Positions 61,521 through 64,000 of a stretch of 64,000 nt of DNA are shown here, piece by piece. Below the pieces are notes generated by a model that was given only the letters and a program-made list of their open reading frames with translations, had not been told where the DNA came from and made no database searches. The DNA is from a bacterium (lineage in GTDB: Bacteria; RBG-13-61-14; DATKZS01). Numbering within the stretch: position 1 is the stretch's first letter; each line of letters opens with the position of its first letter. The stretch is from the NCBI GenBank assembly GCA_963674965.2, contig CAXXFL010000003.1, forward strand, positions 32,001 to 96,000, written 5' to 3'. The position numbers and the translations under genes are program-made.

Positions 61521-62237
61521 TCAGGACCCGCCGGACCTTCCCTTCATCGAGTTGGTGATGTCCTGCCAGGCCGCCCACTGGCTGGCGCCTCCGTGCAGCA
61601 TCGAGGCCAGAACGATCACTATGTCCTCACGCCTGGACCCCTTGGTCCGGGCGTCGTAGATGCCCATGGCGATCGACATGGGAACCACCGCCCTGGCCAC
61701 CAGCTCCGTGTCGTAGGGCTTGGCGAAGCCGGCGTCGATATACATCTGGAGCGCGGCGGAAAGGACCAGGATGAACCTTTCCCATACCCGGTCGATCTCC
61801 CGCTGGAACTCGGGATCGTTGCCCAGCCCCTCCCGCAAAAGGATATTCAAAAGGGCCTCGTGCTGGCTGGCCTCGTCGAACATGCGCTGGATCGGCGCCC
61901 GCAAAAGCTCGTACTCCATCTGGATGCCGCCCCTGGTCTTCATGACGTCGATGGTCTCCCGAGTCAGCTCCCCCACGATGTCCTCGATGGTGTTGGTGAT
62001 CTTATCGATGATGGCGATGTATATCTCGCGCTTGCTTTTGAAGTTGGAGTAAAAACCTCCGGTGGTCACGCCGGCCGCGGCCGCCAGGTCTCTCACCGAG
62101 GTGCCCCGGTATCCCTTTTGAGCGAAGAGGTCGAGGGCCGCCGTTAAAAGCAGTTCCCTTGTTTCCTCTTTCCCCCGGCGCCACTCGTTGTTCGCGTTTG
62201 TCTTGCCGGCCTTTTCTTTTTTCTTGGTTCTAGCCAA
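61521..62237 (-). CDS. TetR/AcrR family transcriptional regulator
   Basis: TRELLLTAALDLFAQKGYRGTSVRDLAAAAGVTTGGFYSNFKSK; TTG start inferred. Confidence 0.9.
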   Translation of the reverse strand: MARTKKKEKAGKTNANNEWRRGKEETRELLLTAALDLFAQKGYRGTSVRDLAAAAGVTTGGFYSNFKSKREIYIAIIDKITNTIEDIVGELTRETIDVMKTRGGIQMEYELLRAPIQRMFDEASQHEALLNILLREGLGNDPEFQREIDRVWERFILVLSAALQMYIDAGFAKPYDTELVARAVVPMSIAMGIYDARTKGSRREDIVIVLASMLHGGASQWAAWQDITNSMKGRSGGS

Positions 62238-62260
62238 TTTTCCCCCTTGCCTCCGAAGGT

Positions 62261-62302
62261 AATAACGAATGTTATTTAACACGCCTAAATAACAAATGTC
62301 AA
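62261..62302 (-). promoter_or_regulatory. Promoter and probable TetR operator
   Basis: Inverted repeat AATAAC-gaat-GTTATT (62261-62276), degenerate second copy AATAACaaatGTCAAG overlapping a TTGACA -35. Confidence 0.6.
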
Positions 62303-62454
62303 GAGATATCCGGAGGAAAAAGTATAGGGGAACAAGGCGCGGCGATCAAGGGCTAAAGCCCTGGACAAGTCGAGTATCTTTTGCGGGCGGTCCGGGTCCC
62401 GAAGCCGTCATGACGGTCTTCTCTCCTGGCGGGACGGCGCGTAAGTGGGTCAAA

Positions 62455-63654
62455 TCAATGGTGGGCGGCCTCGTCCTGGTGTGCCCGGTAGATTTCCTCC
62501 ACCTTGTCGAAACAGCCGCAAAAGGCCTCGACCAGGTCGGGATCGAAGTGGGTTCCCGCGTCCTTTTTGATCTCGCTCATGGCTTCATCCAGGGTCCAGG
62601 CGCGCTTGTAGGGACGCTTGGAGGTGAGGGCGTCGAAGACGTCGGCCAGCGCCACTATCCTGCCCTCGAGGGGAATGTCCTCGCCCTTGAGCTTTCGGGG
62701 GTAGCCGCTTCCGTCCCATTTCTCGTGATGGGTGAGGGCGATGACGCGGCTGAGCTCGAGCACCTCCGAGTCGGAGCCCTCCAGTATCTTGGCCCCGTAA
62801 ACGGTATGGTTTTCCATGATCTTGCGCTCGTCCGGGTCCAGCCTGGCGGGCTTTAGGAGTATGGCGTCGGGCACGCCCAGCTTGCCCACGTCGTGCATGG
62901 GGGAGGAGTAAAGTATGAGCTCGATTTTTTTTTCGCTCATGCCCAGGTACCGGGCCAGGGCGTGGGAATAAAGGCTCATGCGCTTGATGTGGTTGGCCGT
63001 GTCGTGGTCCTTGTACTCGGCCGCCATGCTCAGCCGGTGTATGGTCTCGAGGTAGGCCTTTTTGAGGCTCTCGGTCAGCCTGGCGTTGATGATGGCGACG
63101 GCCGCCTGGCTGGCCATGGACTTGACCGTCTCGACGGCCAACTCGTCGAAGGGCACGACCTCGAAGCATCGCTCGCCGGAGTCGCTCCAGCAGCGGGCGT
63201 TGATGAGCTGAACCACGCCGACCACCTCGCCCTGGGGGTCGATCATGGGAGCGGTCAGCATGGACTTGCTAACGTAGTCGTTCTTCTCGTCGTAGCTCTT
63301 GTTGAAGCGGAAGGGCTTGCCCGGCGGAAGCTCGTTCACGTCGGGGATGTTGAGCAGCTCGGCGTTGTTGGCCGCGTAGCCGGCGATGCTCTCGTTGGTA
63401 ATGGGAAGGGGGAATGGCTTGAACTTTTCCATCACCAGCCCCCGGTCCTTGTACCTGTTGCGCAGGGTCTCGTTCTGGCTGACCACGAAATTAAGGACCT
63501 CGCCCTCCTTGATGTAAAGGCTGCCCGCGTCGGCGTTGGTCAGGGCCCGGGCCTCGCTCACGATGGTCTCGAGCAGCTTGGAAAGGTCCCGCTCGCTGGT
63601 CAGCGCCGTTCCCACCCTGGTGAGTTTTTGCAGACTTTCGGCTATGTCCATCAT
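62455..63654 (-). CDS. GAF plus HD-GYP domain phosphodiesterase
   Basis: ADAGSLY, SIAGY, SMLTAPM GAF; PMHDVGK, HHEKWDGSGYP, ADVFDAL. Confidence 0.92.
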   Translation of the reverse strand: MMDIAESLQKLTRVGTALTSERDLSKLLETIVSEARALTNADAGSLYIKEGEVLNFVVSQNETLRNRYKDRGLVMEKFKPFPLPITNESIAGYAANNAELLNIPDVNELPPGKPFRFNKSYDEKNDYVSKSMLTAPMIDPQGEVVGVVQLINARCWSDSGERCFEVVPFDELAVETVKSMASQAAVAIINARLTESLKKAYLETIHRLSMAAEYKDHDTANHIKRMSLYSHALARYLGMSEKKIELILYSSPMHDVGKLGVPDAILLKPARLDPDERKIMENHTVYGAKILEGSDSEVLELSRVIALTHHEKWDGSGYPRKLKGEDIPLEGRIVALADVFDALTSKRPYKRAWTLDEAMSEIKKDAGTHFDPDLVEAFCGCFDKVEEIYRAHQDEAAHH

Positions 63655-63877
63655 AAAGGGACCTCCATAAATCTCGATTAAACTTTTCGGGCCTTATATA
63701 AGGTTAATCACTGGACGGAAGATTGGAAGACCCGTTGGAAATAAAAAATAGCACGGCCTGATCGGCGATTAAAGGAAGAAAGCCAAAATCGTTTCGCCAC
63801 GCGAGTTCGCGATCGGGCATCGGCCCGGGCCGGACTGGCCGGGATTGCTCGTCGTGATATACTTTTGTTTTGAACAG

Positions 63878-64000
63878 ATGAAGGACCGAAGGCAAAAACG
63901 GGCCCTCTCGCCCGCGGGAGTCCGCGCGAGAGAGGGACTGGTCGAGAAGGGACCTTTTCCGCTCGAGAGGGGGGCCGTGCTCAAAAAGGGCGGCGACTAT
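63878..64000 (+). CDS. 5' end of a gene running off the right edge (possibly radical SAM)
   Basis: Open frame from ATG 63878 ending ERGAVLKKGGDY at the window edge. Confidence 0.35.
   Translation, partial: MKDRRQKRALSPAGVRAREGLVEKGPFPLERGAVLKKGGDY

Overview
GC-rich bacterial chromosomal window. Gene content and style suggest a deltaproteobacterial (Desulfobacterota/Myxococcota-like) organism, which is an inference. Core genes are rpsU-dnaG-rpoD, ftsY, argS and dksA-bamD. They are interspersed with signalling genes (PDZ/GAF histidine kinase, receivers, REC-PilZ, HD-GYP), secreted hydrolases (S8 protease, carboxylesterase, SGNH, BNR, GH94-like, CapA) and a TetR-led HMGS-like/DUF35-thiolase-SDR acyl-CoA cluster. 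Mobile or accessory DNA comprises an internally deleted class C group II intron behind a terminator (164-1024), a 186-bp MITE with TIRs and a 4-bp TSD (29629-29814), and a low-GC islet (~46.7-48.1 kb). The best candidate for an uncharacterised system is a tightly coupled 7-gene operon (13080->6822) preceded by an ECF-type promoter. It encodes a PflX-like radical SAM protein, a Ycf46-type AAA+ ATPase, a DUF1257-like protein, a TPR protein, a DUF2997-like protein, a Zn-ribbon membrane protein with an apparently inactive signal-peptidase domain, and a PilT ATPase. CTCGAG is strongly over-represented. No tRNA, rRNA or CRISPR array was recognised. All family assignments are by motif recognition by eye, not database searches.
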